A stretch of 55,947 nt of DNA from Candidatus Pacearchaeota archaeon (GTDB taxonomy: Archaea > Nanobdellota > Nanobdellia > Pacearchaeales > GW2011-AR1): contig NZDU01000040.1 in the NCBI GenBank assembly GCA_002688875.1, positions 1 to 55,947 of the forward strand, in the 5' to 3' direction. Numbering within the stretch: position 1 is the first letter of the stretch; each line of letters opens with the position of its first letter. Under the pieces are notes generated by a model. It saw only the letters and a program-made list of their open reading frames with translations, did not search any database and had not been told where the DNA came from. Shown here in pieces: positions 45,403 through 53,208 of this stretch. The position numbers and the translations under genes are program-made.

Positions 45403-46278
45403 ATGTTTGATGTAGTTACAGTTGGAAGTAATGTAGTGGATGTGTTTGTAGATACTAACATTCATGAGAAGAAAAAAGCTCTGAATTATCCCGTGGGTTC
45501 TAAATTATTGATTAAAGACATTAGATTTGATATTGGTGGGGGAGGTACAAATACTGGAGTGGCTTTTGCTAGATTGGGGTTGAGAACCGGGTATGCAGGG
45601 AAGGTTGGAAAAGATAACAATGGAAAGGAAATTTTAGCTTTATTAAGAAATGAAAAGGTTAAATTCTTAGGTAAGCAGGAAGGGAAGAGTGATGTTTCTA
45701 TTATTTTGGATAGTAAAGAGCATGGAAGGACTGTTTTAACTAAGAAAGTTTTGAATAATACTTTAAGATTAAAAAATGTTAAAAAGTTTAAAACAAAGTG
45801 GTTATATTATTCAACTATGATGGGAGAAAGTTTTGAGACCCAATTAGAATTGGCTAGGAAGACAAAGGCGAAGATTGCGTTTAATCCTACAGAGTATTTA
45901 ATTAAGAGAGTGAATTTAAAGCCTTTACTGAAGCATGTTAAGATTTTGATTTTAAATAAAGAAGAAAGTAAAATGTTGGCTAATAATGTTGAAAAGTTAA
46001 GGGAATTAGGCCCGGAGATTATATGTATTACGGATAAAGATAAAGAGATTCAATGTTACAATGGGATTAAAAATTATAAAATAAAACCCCATAAGATAAA
46101 GGTGGTGGAGAGGACGGGTGCGGGGGATGCTTTTGCAGCTACCCTTGTGGGATGTATAATAAAAGGAGTTAGTATGAACAAAAGTTTAGAATTGGCTGTT
46201 AAAAATTCAGAGTCTGTTATCAGACATATTGGAGCTAAAAATAAATTATTGAGGTGGAGAAATGGTTGGCTTAGGTAA
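45403..46278 (+). CDS. PfkB-family carbohydrate/nucleoside kinase
   Basis: GGGGTNTGVAFARLG and TGAGDAFAA motifs. Confidence 0.8.
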   Translation: MFDVVTVGSNVVDVFVDTNIHEKKKALNYPVGSKLLIKDIRFDIGGGGTNTGVAFARLGLRTGYAGKVGKDNNGKEILALLRNEKVKFLGKQEGKSDVSIILDSKEHGRTVLTKKVLNNTLRLKNVKKFKTKWLYYSTMMGESFETQLELARKTKAKIAFNPTEYLIKRVNLKPLLKHVKILILNKEESKMLANNVEKLRELGPEIICITDKDKEIQCYNGIKNYKIKPHKIKVVERTGAGDAFAATLVGCIIKGVSMNKSLELAVKNSESVIRHIGAKNKLLRWRNGWLR

Positions 46279-46999
46279 AATAACCAAAAAAGGGAAAGCT
46301 TTGTATTTGGCTTATGACCAGGGATTAGAACATGGGCCAATTGATTTTAATGATAAAAATGTAGATCCTAATTATATTTTGGATATTGCTAAAAGGGGGA
46401 AAGTAAGTGGGTTGATTTTTCAAAAAGGCATAGCTGAGAAATATAAATCTAAAGTGCCTTTGATTGTGAAGTTAAATGGGAAGACGAGTTTAGTGAAAGG
46501 GGAACCACTCTCTAGACAATTGTGTAGTGTGAAGGAAGCTTTAAAATTAAAAGCTAAAGCTGTGGGTTATACCATATACATAGGGAGTAGGCATGAAAAT
46601 ATTATGTTTAGAGAATTTGAAAAGATAGAGAAAGAGGCACATAAAAGAAAACTACCCGTGATATTGTGGGCCTATCCCAGAGGAAAAGGTGTAAATGAAA
46701 ATAGTGGGAAAAATTTAGCTTATGCTGCCAGAGTAGGATTGGAGTTGGGAGCAGATATTATTAAAATTAGATATAATGGAAAAATAGAAGATATGAAATG
46801 GGCTGTAAAATCGGCTGGAAAAACTAGGGTGGTTGTGGCTGGGGGTAAAAGAAAATCCCCTTCAGGATTTTTACAAGATGCTAAAGAAGTTATGAAAGCA
46901 GGGGCTATCGGACTTGCGGTTGGAAGGAATATTTGGCAGGCTAAAGAACCTTTAGAAGTTGTTAGTAAATTAAAAAAAATAATTTGGGGAAAATGTTAA
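46262..46999 (+). CDS. fba: Class IA (DhnA-type) fructose-bisphosphate aldolase
   Basis: LAYDQGLEHGP and GADIIKIRY (Schiff-base Lys context). Confidence 0.78.
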   Translation: MVGLGKITKKGKALYLAYDQGLEHGPIDFNDKNVDPNYILDIAKRGKVSGLIFQKGIAEKYKSKVPLIVKLNGKTSLVKGEPLSRQLCSVKEALKLKAKAVGYTIYIGSRHENIMFREFEKIEKEAHKRKLPVILWAYPRGKGVNENSGKNLAYAARVGLELGADIIKIRYNGKIEDMKWAVKSAGKTRVVVAGGKRKSPSGFLQDAKEVMKAGAIGLAVGRNIWQAKEPLEVVSKLKKIIWGKC

Positions 47000-47598
47000 T
47001 TATTAATTTGAAGACGTATAAATTTGGAAATGAGGAAATAGCTAAAATAATTGGTAGGAAAGGAATAATTGCATGTCAAGCTATGGAAATTAAAACCTTG
47101 AGTAAGTTTAGTACTATATATGCTCAACATGTGGATAGTTTTGAACCTGGAAGACATACGGGTTATATCTTGCCAGAGAGTGTTAAAAAGGCCGGAGCCA
47201 AGGGTGTGATATTAAATCACTCAGAACACAAGTTAAGTTTAAATGTACTAAAAGCTACCATTAATAGGTGCAAAAAGCTGAATTTGAAGACTTTGATATG
47301 TGTTTCAAGTTTGGGAGAGGTGAAGAAAATAAAGAAGTTGAAGCCAAGTATGATAGCTTATGAGGCTAGGGAATTGATTGGAACGGGTAAGAGTGTGAGT
47401 AAGTCTAAACCCAAGATTGTGGAAAATTTTGTGAAATCATTAAAGAACACTAAAATAATTCCGTTGTGCGGGGCTGGGATTTCCGATGGAGAGGATGTTA
47501 GAATAGCTAAACAACTAGGATGCAAGGGTGTATTGGTGGCGAGTGCGATTGCTAAAGCTAAGAATCCTAAGAAAATAATAAAGGATTTAAAATGGTAA
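46993..47598 (+). CDS. tpiA: Triosephosphate isomerase (short archaeal type)
   Basis: [14 protein letters not shown] and GAGIS motifs. The ATG at 46993 overlaps the fba stop. Confidence 0.8.
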
Positions 47599-47807
47599 AA
47601 GAGACTAAAGTGGAGAAGTATTTTTTATTATCTTGGAAAAAAGGCGGGATTATTGTGGTTATTGGGTTTGTAAGTATTTTGTTACATAATTTTTTATCAG
47701 CTTTATTAGGGATGGAAGGGCCTGTGTTTTTTTCCAATGGTGGTTTTTTTGATTCCTCTTTATTTAACGATTTCAATCAGTTATACTTTATTTAGGAAAA
47801 TAAAAAA

Positions 47808-48788
47808 ATGAAAATTGGGTTTTTTGAAATAGAAAGGAAGTGGGAAAGAGAATATTTGAAAGAGAAATTAAAAAGACATAATTTAAAATTTTTTGAAGAT
47901 GAGTTGACTTTAAAGAATGTAGATAAAGTGAAAGATGTGGATGTTTTAAGTGTATTTGTGTATTCCGAGATTACGGAAGAAATCTTAGATTTACTTCCTA
48001 AATTAAAATTAATTTGTTCTATGTCTACCGGGGTGGACCATATTAATCTGGAAGAGTGTAAGAGAAGAAGGATAAGGGTGGAGAGTGTACCCCATTATGG
48101 AGAAAATACTGTGGCTGAGTACACATTCGCTTTAATTTTGACTCTGTCTAGAAGAATAATGGAAGCGTGTGAAAAAGTAAGAGAAGGGAAGTTTGAACAT
48201 GAAGGTTTAACAGGGTTTGATTTGAAAGGAAAAACAATCGGGGTTATAGGGGTAGGACATATTGGGGAGCATGTAGTTAAAATAGCTAAAGGATTTGAGA
48301 TGAAAGTACTGGGATGTGCAAGAAAACCAAATAAGAAATTAGCTAGAAAATTAGGGTTTAGATATTGTAGTTTGGAAACTGCTTTGAAAAAATCAGATGT
48401 GATTACTTTACATTTACCTTTAACACCTGGAACTAAAAATATAATTAATCAGAAAAATATTAATTTGGTTAAGAAAGGGGCTTTGTTGATTAATACTTCC
48501 AGAGGGGGCATTGTGGAAACAGATGCTATTTTGAAAGGATTAAAAAATAGAAAATTATCTGGAGTGGGTCTGGATGTTTTAGAGGAAGAATGTTTTATTA
48601 AAGAAGAGACAGAATTGTTATCTAAAAAATCTAAGAAAAGTTATGATTTGAGAACTTTAATTCAAAATCATATTTTGTTAAAACATCCTAAAGTGATTAT
48701 TACTCCACATAATGCCTTTAATACTAAAGAAGCTTTGACTAGGATAATGGATACAACCGTGGAGAATATCAAACAATTTAGAAAATGA
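47808..48788 (+). CDS. D-isomer-specific 2-hydroxyacid dehydrogenase
   Basis: GVIGVGHIGEHV NAD-binding motif, RGG..D, and the catalytic His context TPHNA. Confidence 0.85.
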   Translation: MKIGFFEIERKWEREYLKEKLKRHNLKFFEDELTLKNVDKVKDVDVLSVFVYSEITEEILDLLPKLKLICSMSTGVDHINLEECKRRRIRVESVPHYGENTVAEYTFALILTLSRRIMEACEKVREGKFEHEGLTGFDLKGKTIGVIGVGHIGEHVVKIAKGFEMKVLGCARKPNKKLARKLGFRYCSLETALKKSDVITLHLPLTPGTKNIINQKNINLVKKGALLINTSRGGIVETDAILKGLKNRKLSGVGLDVLEEECFIKEETELLSKKSKKSYDLRTLIQNHILLKHPKVIITPHNAFNTKEALTRIMDTTVENIKQFRK

Positions 48789-49606
48789 TAATAGGGGTAG
48801 ATATTGGAGGAACAAGTATTCGGGCAGGTTTAATTAAAAATGGCAAGATAATTAAGAAATGTAAAAAAGTGAGTTGCATGGATGTGGGGAAAAAATGTTT
48901 CATTGGGAATTTGTTAGGTTGTATTGAAGCTGTTTATGATAAGAGAGTTAAAACAATCGGGGTTGGATGTCCGGGACCTGCGAATTATCAAACTGGAAAA
49001 TTGATTAATCCTCCAAATTTAAGACCGCTTTGGGGGGTAAATATAAAAAATATAATTAAGAGAAGGTATAAAGTAAAAGTGGAGATGAATAATGATGCTA
49101 ATTGTGCAGCTTTGGCTGAGGCAAAAAATAGAAAAGAGAAAGATTTCGTAGTTTTGACATTGGGAACTGGTATTGGATGTGGGGTAATTTTGGGTGGTAA
49201 ATTGTACAGAGGAAAAGGGAATGCTTCAGAATTAGGACATATGATTATTGATAAGGAAAAAGATTTAGAAGATTTAGCTTCTGGGACTGCAATTACAAAT
49301 AAAGCTAAAAGAAGATTAAGGAAAAAATTATTGGCTTCTGAATTAGTTAAAAGATGTACTAACGATGCTGGAGCTAGGAGAATTATAAAAGAAAGTGCAG
49401 AATATTTGGGTATTGGATTGGCGAATATTGCAAATATTTTTGATCCAGAAGTCATTGTTTTGACCGGAGGTATTAAAGAAGCTGGAAGTTATTATTTATC
49501 TATTGCAAAAGAAAAAATGAAAGAGTATTGTCTATTAAATTCTAAAGTGGTTTGGAGTAAAGTTAAGGATGCTGGAATAATCGGGGCAGGTTGTTTAGTA
49601 GAGTAG
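48785..49606 (+). CDS. ROK-family glucokinase
   Basis: IGVDIGGTSIRAG, NDANCAALAE, and ATGA overlap with the upstream gene. Confidence 0.8.
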   Translation: MIIGVDIGGTSIRAGLIKNGKIIKKCKKVSCMDVGKKCFIGNLLGCIEAVYDKRVKTIGVGCPGPANYQTGKLINPPNLRPLWGVNIKNIIKRRYKVKVEMNNDANCAALAEAKNRKEKDFVVLTLGTGIGCGVILGGKLYRGKGNASELGHMIIDKEKDLEDLASGTAITNKAKRRLRKKLLASELVKRCTNDAGARRIIKESAEYLGIGLANIANIFDPEVIVLTGGIKEAGSYYLSIAKEKMKEYCLLNSKVVWSKVKDAGIIGAGCLVE

Positions 49607-49649
49607 ATTACCACAAGCTTTATAAAAAATTTAAGTTTTTTGAGGATAT

Positions 49650-50144
49650 ATGAAACGAAATATTACTTTATTTGGAATTTTAGTTTTGGCTGCATTTTTA
49701 GTAAGTGGAGTAGGGTGTGTAGAAGATATGGAAGATAATCTCTATGATCTATCTATAGATGATGACTCCGTAAATAAAAATGATGTGGTTATTGGAGCAG
49801 TAGTTTCTGAAAAAGTTTTGGTAGATAGGACCAGATATGTCCAAGCAGGAAATCCCCCCTTTGATATGACTAATGTTATCTTTGTTAATGAGGTAGGTAA
49901 AGGCTACAAGATAGAAGTTATGTCGGGAAGTGAATTGAAAGTGGATGTAATGACTGACAAAGACTGTTTATTAAAAGCTCAAGGTGATGACTTTAATGTA
50001 ATAACTACTGAACAAGGAACAGAAGTAGTTATGGTGAATGAAGTGGCTCCGGAAGAAGATCAAAATATTTGTGTGAGTGGAGAGGCTATGGGTGGAGAGG
50101 GACAAATAGAGATTAAATTTAAAGTAACTGAGCTAAACTACTGA
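49650..50144 (+). CDS. Lipoprotein-like secreted protein
   Basis: Signal peptide with the lipobox-like sequence LVSGVGC. Confidence 0.5.
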   Translation: MKRNITLFGILVLAAFLVSGVGCVEDMEDNLYDLSIDDDSVNKNDVVIGAVVSEKVLVDRTRYVQAGNPPFDMTNVIFVNEVGKGYKIEVMSGSELKVDVMTDKDCLLKAQGDDFNVITTEQGTEVVMVNEVAPEEDQNICVSGEAMGGEGQIEIKFKVTELNY

Positions 50145-50196
50145 AACTTTTAAAAAAGGTTTCATCAAAAGAATCTTTTTGGAAGAAAATTTCACC

Positions 50197-50219
50197 AAAA
50201 AGAATTTTTTCTTTTTTTT
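50197..50219 (+). terminator. A/T hairpin + T-run
   Basis: AAAAAGAA-TTTT-TTCTTTTT followed by TTT. Confidence 0.35.
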
Positions 50220-50231
50220 AAAACCATTAAT

Positions 50232-50240
50232 TATTTAAAC
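50232..50240 (+). promoter_or_regulatory. TATA box candidate for tRNA-Lys
   Basis: TATTTAAAC ends 26 nt upstream of tRNA position 1. Confidence 0.45.
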
Positions 50241-50265
50241 AGGATATTTCTTTTATTTTTATTAT

Positions 50266-50366
50266 GGGCCCGTAGCTCAGCTTGGTAGAGCAACAGCCTT
50301 TTAAGCTGTGGGTCGAGGGAATGTGTTAGAAATAGCATATCTCGAATTCAAATCCCTTCGGGCCCG
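50266..50366 (+). tRNA. tRNA-Lys (UUU) with 27-nt intron in the T-arm (position 53/54)
   Basis: Acceptor GGGCCCG/CGGGCCC with discriminator G. D-arm GCTC-AGCTTGGTA-GAGC. Anticodon arm ACAGC-CTTTTAA-GCTGT (TTT at 50300-50302). The T-stem 5' half GAGGG is separated from TTCAAAT-CCCTT by 50320-50346. Confidence 0.85.
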
Positions 50367-50404
50367 CTTTTTATTATTTCTTCTCTTTGGGCTAAATCCG
50401 ATGC

Positions 50405-50585
50405 TTGTAAAGCCAGACTAATTGAAAATTTTAGTATAAATGAAGTACCCGTTAATCTTTATCTGGTTAATGACCAAGATGGAATTAAACATGCTTTCAT
50501 TACTAATTTGAAAGTTCCAGTTTTATTGTCTCATTATCTCTATAAGTGGTATGGTAAGCGTTAGGGGATTGAAACAGGCTATCGG
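50405..50585 (+). pseudogene. Decayed fragment of the DDE transposase (homologous to the C-terminal part of 51072..52622)
   Basis: Hand translation KARLIENFSINEVPVNLYLVNDQDGIKHAFITNLKVPVLLSHYLYKWYGKR*GIETGYR aligns to KARKIKDFEIG..LILVDDDEGIKRAFITNLNIPEQLAHYLYKFYSKRWGIETSYR. The W codon is replaced by TAG (50562-50564). Confidence 0.6.
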
Positions 50586-50606
50586 TTAAAAAACAGAGGA
50601 AAATAC

Positions 50607-50894
50607 TTGGAATATCACAAGAGATATTACGAAGAAAATAAAAAGAAAATAATAGAACAAAAGAAACAATACAGAAGACTAACCAAAGAAGCGAGAAATA
50701 AATGTAGAAGGAGATACAGAAAGAAATTCTTAGAGAAGACAAGAATGATGGCTCAAATAAATACCTACAGAAGGTTACAGGCTAAGTTAGCAGAACGGCG
50801 TCTTAAAATCAATGGTTATAAGCCTAGTACCCAGGACATAGACAATTCGTTTTCCACTTATGGTCTTTCGGAACTACTGTTTTACAGTAGTTGA
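50607..50894 (+). CDS. Basic K/R/Y-rich protein fragment, paralog of the C-terminal half of 55356..55868
   Basis: NRGKYLEYHKRYYEENKKK...LSELLF aligns to NKDKYLEMRRKMREKYRQR...LSQLLF. It is in frame with the transposase fragment and is probably a remnant. Confidence 0.35.
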   Translation: MEYHKRYYEENKKKIIEQKKQYRRLTKEARNKCRRRYRKKFLEKTRMMAQINTYRRLQAKLAERRLKINGYKPSTQDIDNSFSTYGLSELLFYSS

Positions 50895-51071
50895 GTAAGT
50901 AATTTACCTCGAGGGTTGAACATACTTAGTATAAAGAATTTTTCCTACTCTTCCCACTGAAATTTCAGATGAATTTTTAGAAAGTCAAATTTTTAGTTAC
51001 AATTCTATAGAAATGACAACAAAACAGTAGAGTTCCAACTAGAAGAACCCTTTAGAAGAGCTTCACTAAAA

Positions 51072-52622
51072 TTATGTTGGAGGATCTTCATAAGCAACCC
51101 TATAGAGAACCACAGCAAACAGCTTAGCAGTTATCACAGGTTTATCTCTAATCCTTCCATAAAGAGTCATAGAAACAACTATGTTAACCAAGACCCATAA
51201 ATTATACAATGCAACTGAGAAGAGGAAATAAAACAGTCTAATATGATAGTTCTTTGAAGTAGTCTTAGCCTTGAAGTCATGATCCATTTGACGGTAGCTA
51301 GTTTCAATTCCCCATCTCTTGCTATAAAACTTATATAAATAATGAGCTAATTGTTCAGGAATATTTAAGTTTGTAATAAATGCCCTTTTAATTCCTTCAT
51401 CATCATCAACTAAAATCAGATCAATTACAGCCTTATCCTTTCTTCCAATTTCAAAGTCTTTAATTTTTCTAGCTTTAACCCCTACACTTTTCTTCATCCA
51501 TGCTTTTACTCTTTCACTTCTTACTTTTGGCATTACGAATTTTACTCTATTAACTTTTAGAATGTTAATTACTTTTGGTTTGTCAAATCCTCTGTCTAAG
51601 TAAACCTTGCTAATTCTAATTTTTTCTTTAGCCTTTTTGACTAAAATATCTACTAGATTTTCTAAAGTATCAAATTTGTGGATTGGAACAGCATCTAGAG
51701 TAAACCTTCTTCCAGCTACGACAATTGAGCTGGTTATGAATTGGTAAAAATGTGAAGTTCCACGCTCAGGCTTTCCCTCTGTTACATACGGATCGTTTTT
51801 ATCTCCGTAGTAAGGAATTTTGTGAATATCAATAGCAATGTCTAATTTTCTTCTCTTTAGGATATTATAGTTCTGTTTAGCGTAATTGAAGATAACTTCC
51901 AAAACCTTGTCAAACATGTCTTGGATTTTGTTTTTATCATTAAACTTACTGAAATGGTATAACATAGTCCAACTAGTTGGTGCTTTACTTTCGGGATTTA
52001 GTTCTTTAAAAGTCACACTTCCGTCATGTGTAAAGTCATGAGTCTGAGCAATATGGACTAAAACATCAAGTAAATCTTTGGTTGTGAATTTTCCGTTTTC
52101 CTTAATTTTTAAATCAATTTGAGGGTAAACTAATTTTTTAACAAGCTTAGTTGCTTCCTTCAATGCTCTGTTTTGTTCTTTCTTATTATTTTGTTTAATT
52201 ACTTTCTTTACAATTTCCAAATCTAGGATGATTCCTTTTTCACTAGCCTTCTTTAAGATTGCTTTAGCTATGTTATTTAGTTCTTCTTTTACATCCTTGT
52301 GTTTTTGATAGAACTTGTTGAAGTATCTCTTTCCAGGTAGGACTAGTTCGTTGTTGTCGTTATTCAAAAATCCCAATCTGTAAGCTTCTTCTTTTTCCTC
52401 TTGTAAAGCCTTGAGTAATTCTTCGTAGTAAGTAATTCCTTTTATTCTTCTGAATAGATAAAGCTTTAACAAAGATTCAGTCTTGAAAATGATCTCTTTT
52501 TGTTTAACTAAATCTAGCTGTAGCTTTGAAAGAATGTAGGAAATCTTGATCCAATTTCGCTGACCAAGATTCCCGAAAATATTATTAAGTTCTTTATCCA
52601 CTTCTTTTTTTGGGTTTTTCAT
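51072..52622 (-). CDS. DDE transposase (IS4/ISH3-like)
   Basis: 516 aa. The C-terminal YSKRWGIETSYRQMDHDFKAKT motif is typical of DDE_Tnp_1-type transposases. Confidence 0.8.
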   Translation of the reverse strand: MKNPKKEVDKELNNIFGNLGQRNWIKISYILSKLQLDLVKQKEIIFKTESLLKLYLFRRIKGITYYEELLKALQEEKEEAYRLGFLNNDNNELVLPGKRYFNKFYQKHKDVKEELNNIAKAILKKASEKGIILDLEIVKKVIKQNNKKEQNRALKEATKLVKKLVYPQIDLKIKENGKFTTKDLLDVLVHIAQTHDFTHDGSVTFKELNPESKAPTSWTMLYHFSKFNDKNKIQDMFDKVLEVIFNYAKQNYNILKRRKLDIAIDIHKIPYYGDKNDPYVTEGKPERGTSHFYQFITSSIVVAGRRFTLDAVPIHKFDTLENLVDILVKKAKEKIRISKVYLDRGFDKPKVINILKVNRVKFVMPKVRSERVKAWMKKSVGVKARKIKDFEIGRKDKAVIDLILVDDDEGIKRAFITNLNIPEQLAHYLYKFYSKRWGIETSYRQMDHDFKAKTTSKNYHIRLFYFLFSVALYNLWVLVNIVVSMTLYGRIRDKPVITAKLFAVVLYRVAYEDPPT

Positions 52623-52656
52623 TTTGCGATGGGAAACTCACCCGAGAGGAGGGGTG

Positions 52657-52815
52657 TCAAAGTCTTCCTCTCGGATCCATTTGTATTTCAGCTATTGCTT
52701 GCCAAAGGGTGCGTATGTTCATGTAAACGTCCTTGTGGTCTTCACAAAGAGTTTTGTGCAATAACTGATCATATCTGCCTGGCTTTCGGCAATACTTACA
52801 TGGTCGATGTTTCAT
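52657..52815 (-). CDS. Possible 52-aa Cys/His-rich protein upstream of the transposase
   Basis: Hand translation MKHRPCKYCRKPGRYDQLLHKTLCEDHKDVYMNIRTLWQAIAEIQMDPRGRL. GGAGGTGA lies 7 nt upstream. Its stop falls in the loop of the 9-bp hairpin CCGAGAGGA/TCCTCTCGG. Confidence 0.4.
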   Translation of the reverse strand: MKHRPCKYCRKPGRYDQLLHKTLCEDHKDVYMNIRTLWQAIAEIQMDPRGRL

Positions 52816-52866
52816 AGTTTATCACCTCCTTTGGTTTATTTATCGTATTATAATAATATATATAGT

Positions 52867-52884
52867 ATACTTATATATAAGTAT
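52867..52884. repeat. Perfect 18-bp palindrome ATACTTATATATAAGTAT in the divergent intergenic region
   Basis: Read directly from the sequence. It lies between the small Cys-rich ORF (-) and the wHTH gene (+). Confidence 0.8.
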
Positions 52885-52947
52885 TTCTATTGTATAGTAT
52901 ATATATTAATAATAAGTTTTATATACAAATAGTATTACTTTAATCTT

Positions 52948-53202
52948 ATGTCACAACCAATACCAAAATGGCTCCAAGAAAGATATGCTCTTCTGTTGAA
53001 AGAGTTTGGAGATAGAGAATTCACCTTCGGCTTAGCTAGAAAACTATTGAAGAAAGATCAAGAGAAGATAGTGAGTATTTCTTTGTCTAAATTAAAGAAA
53101 GCAGGATGGTTGGAGATAATAAGGTTAGATCCTAACGATTCTAGGAAGAGGTATTATAAGTTGAAAACTCTTAACGAAATATTCAAAGGAATGAATCAGT
53201 AA
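52948..53202 (+). CDS. Small winged-helix DNA-binding protein
   Basis: 84 aa. Pattern FTFGLARKLLKKDQEKIVSISLSKLKKAGWLEIIR. Confidence 0.5.
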   Translation: MSQPIPKWLQERYALLLKEFGDREFTFGLARKLLKKDQEKIVSISLSKLKKAGWLEIIRLDPNDSRKRYYKLKTLNEIFKGMNQ

Positions 53203-53208
53203 TTACTT

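Noticed and set aside
52629-52817. 62-aa plus-strand track ORF
   Set aside because: The opposite strand carries a 52-codon Cys/His ORF with a strong GGAGGTGA ribosome-binding site, co-oriented with the transposase. The plus-strand frame has no start context.
52820-52947. AT-rich region with TATA-type palindromes as a CRISPR array or replication origin
   Set aside because: There is no repeat-spacer periodicity and no ORB-like repeated boxes. It is best explained as a divergent promoter or operator region.
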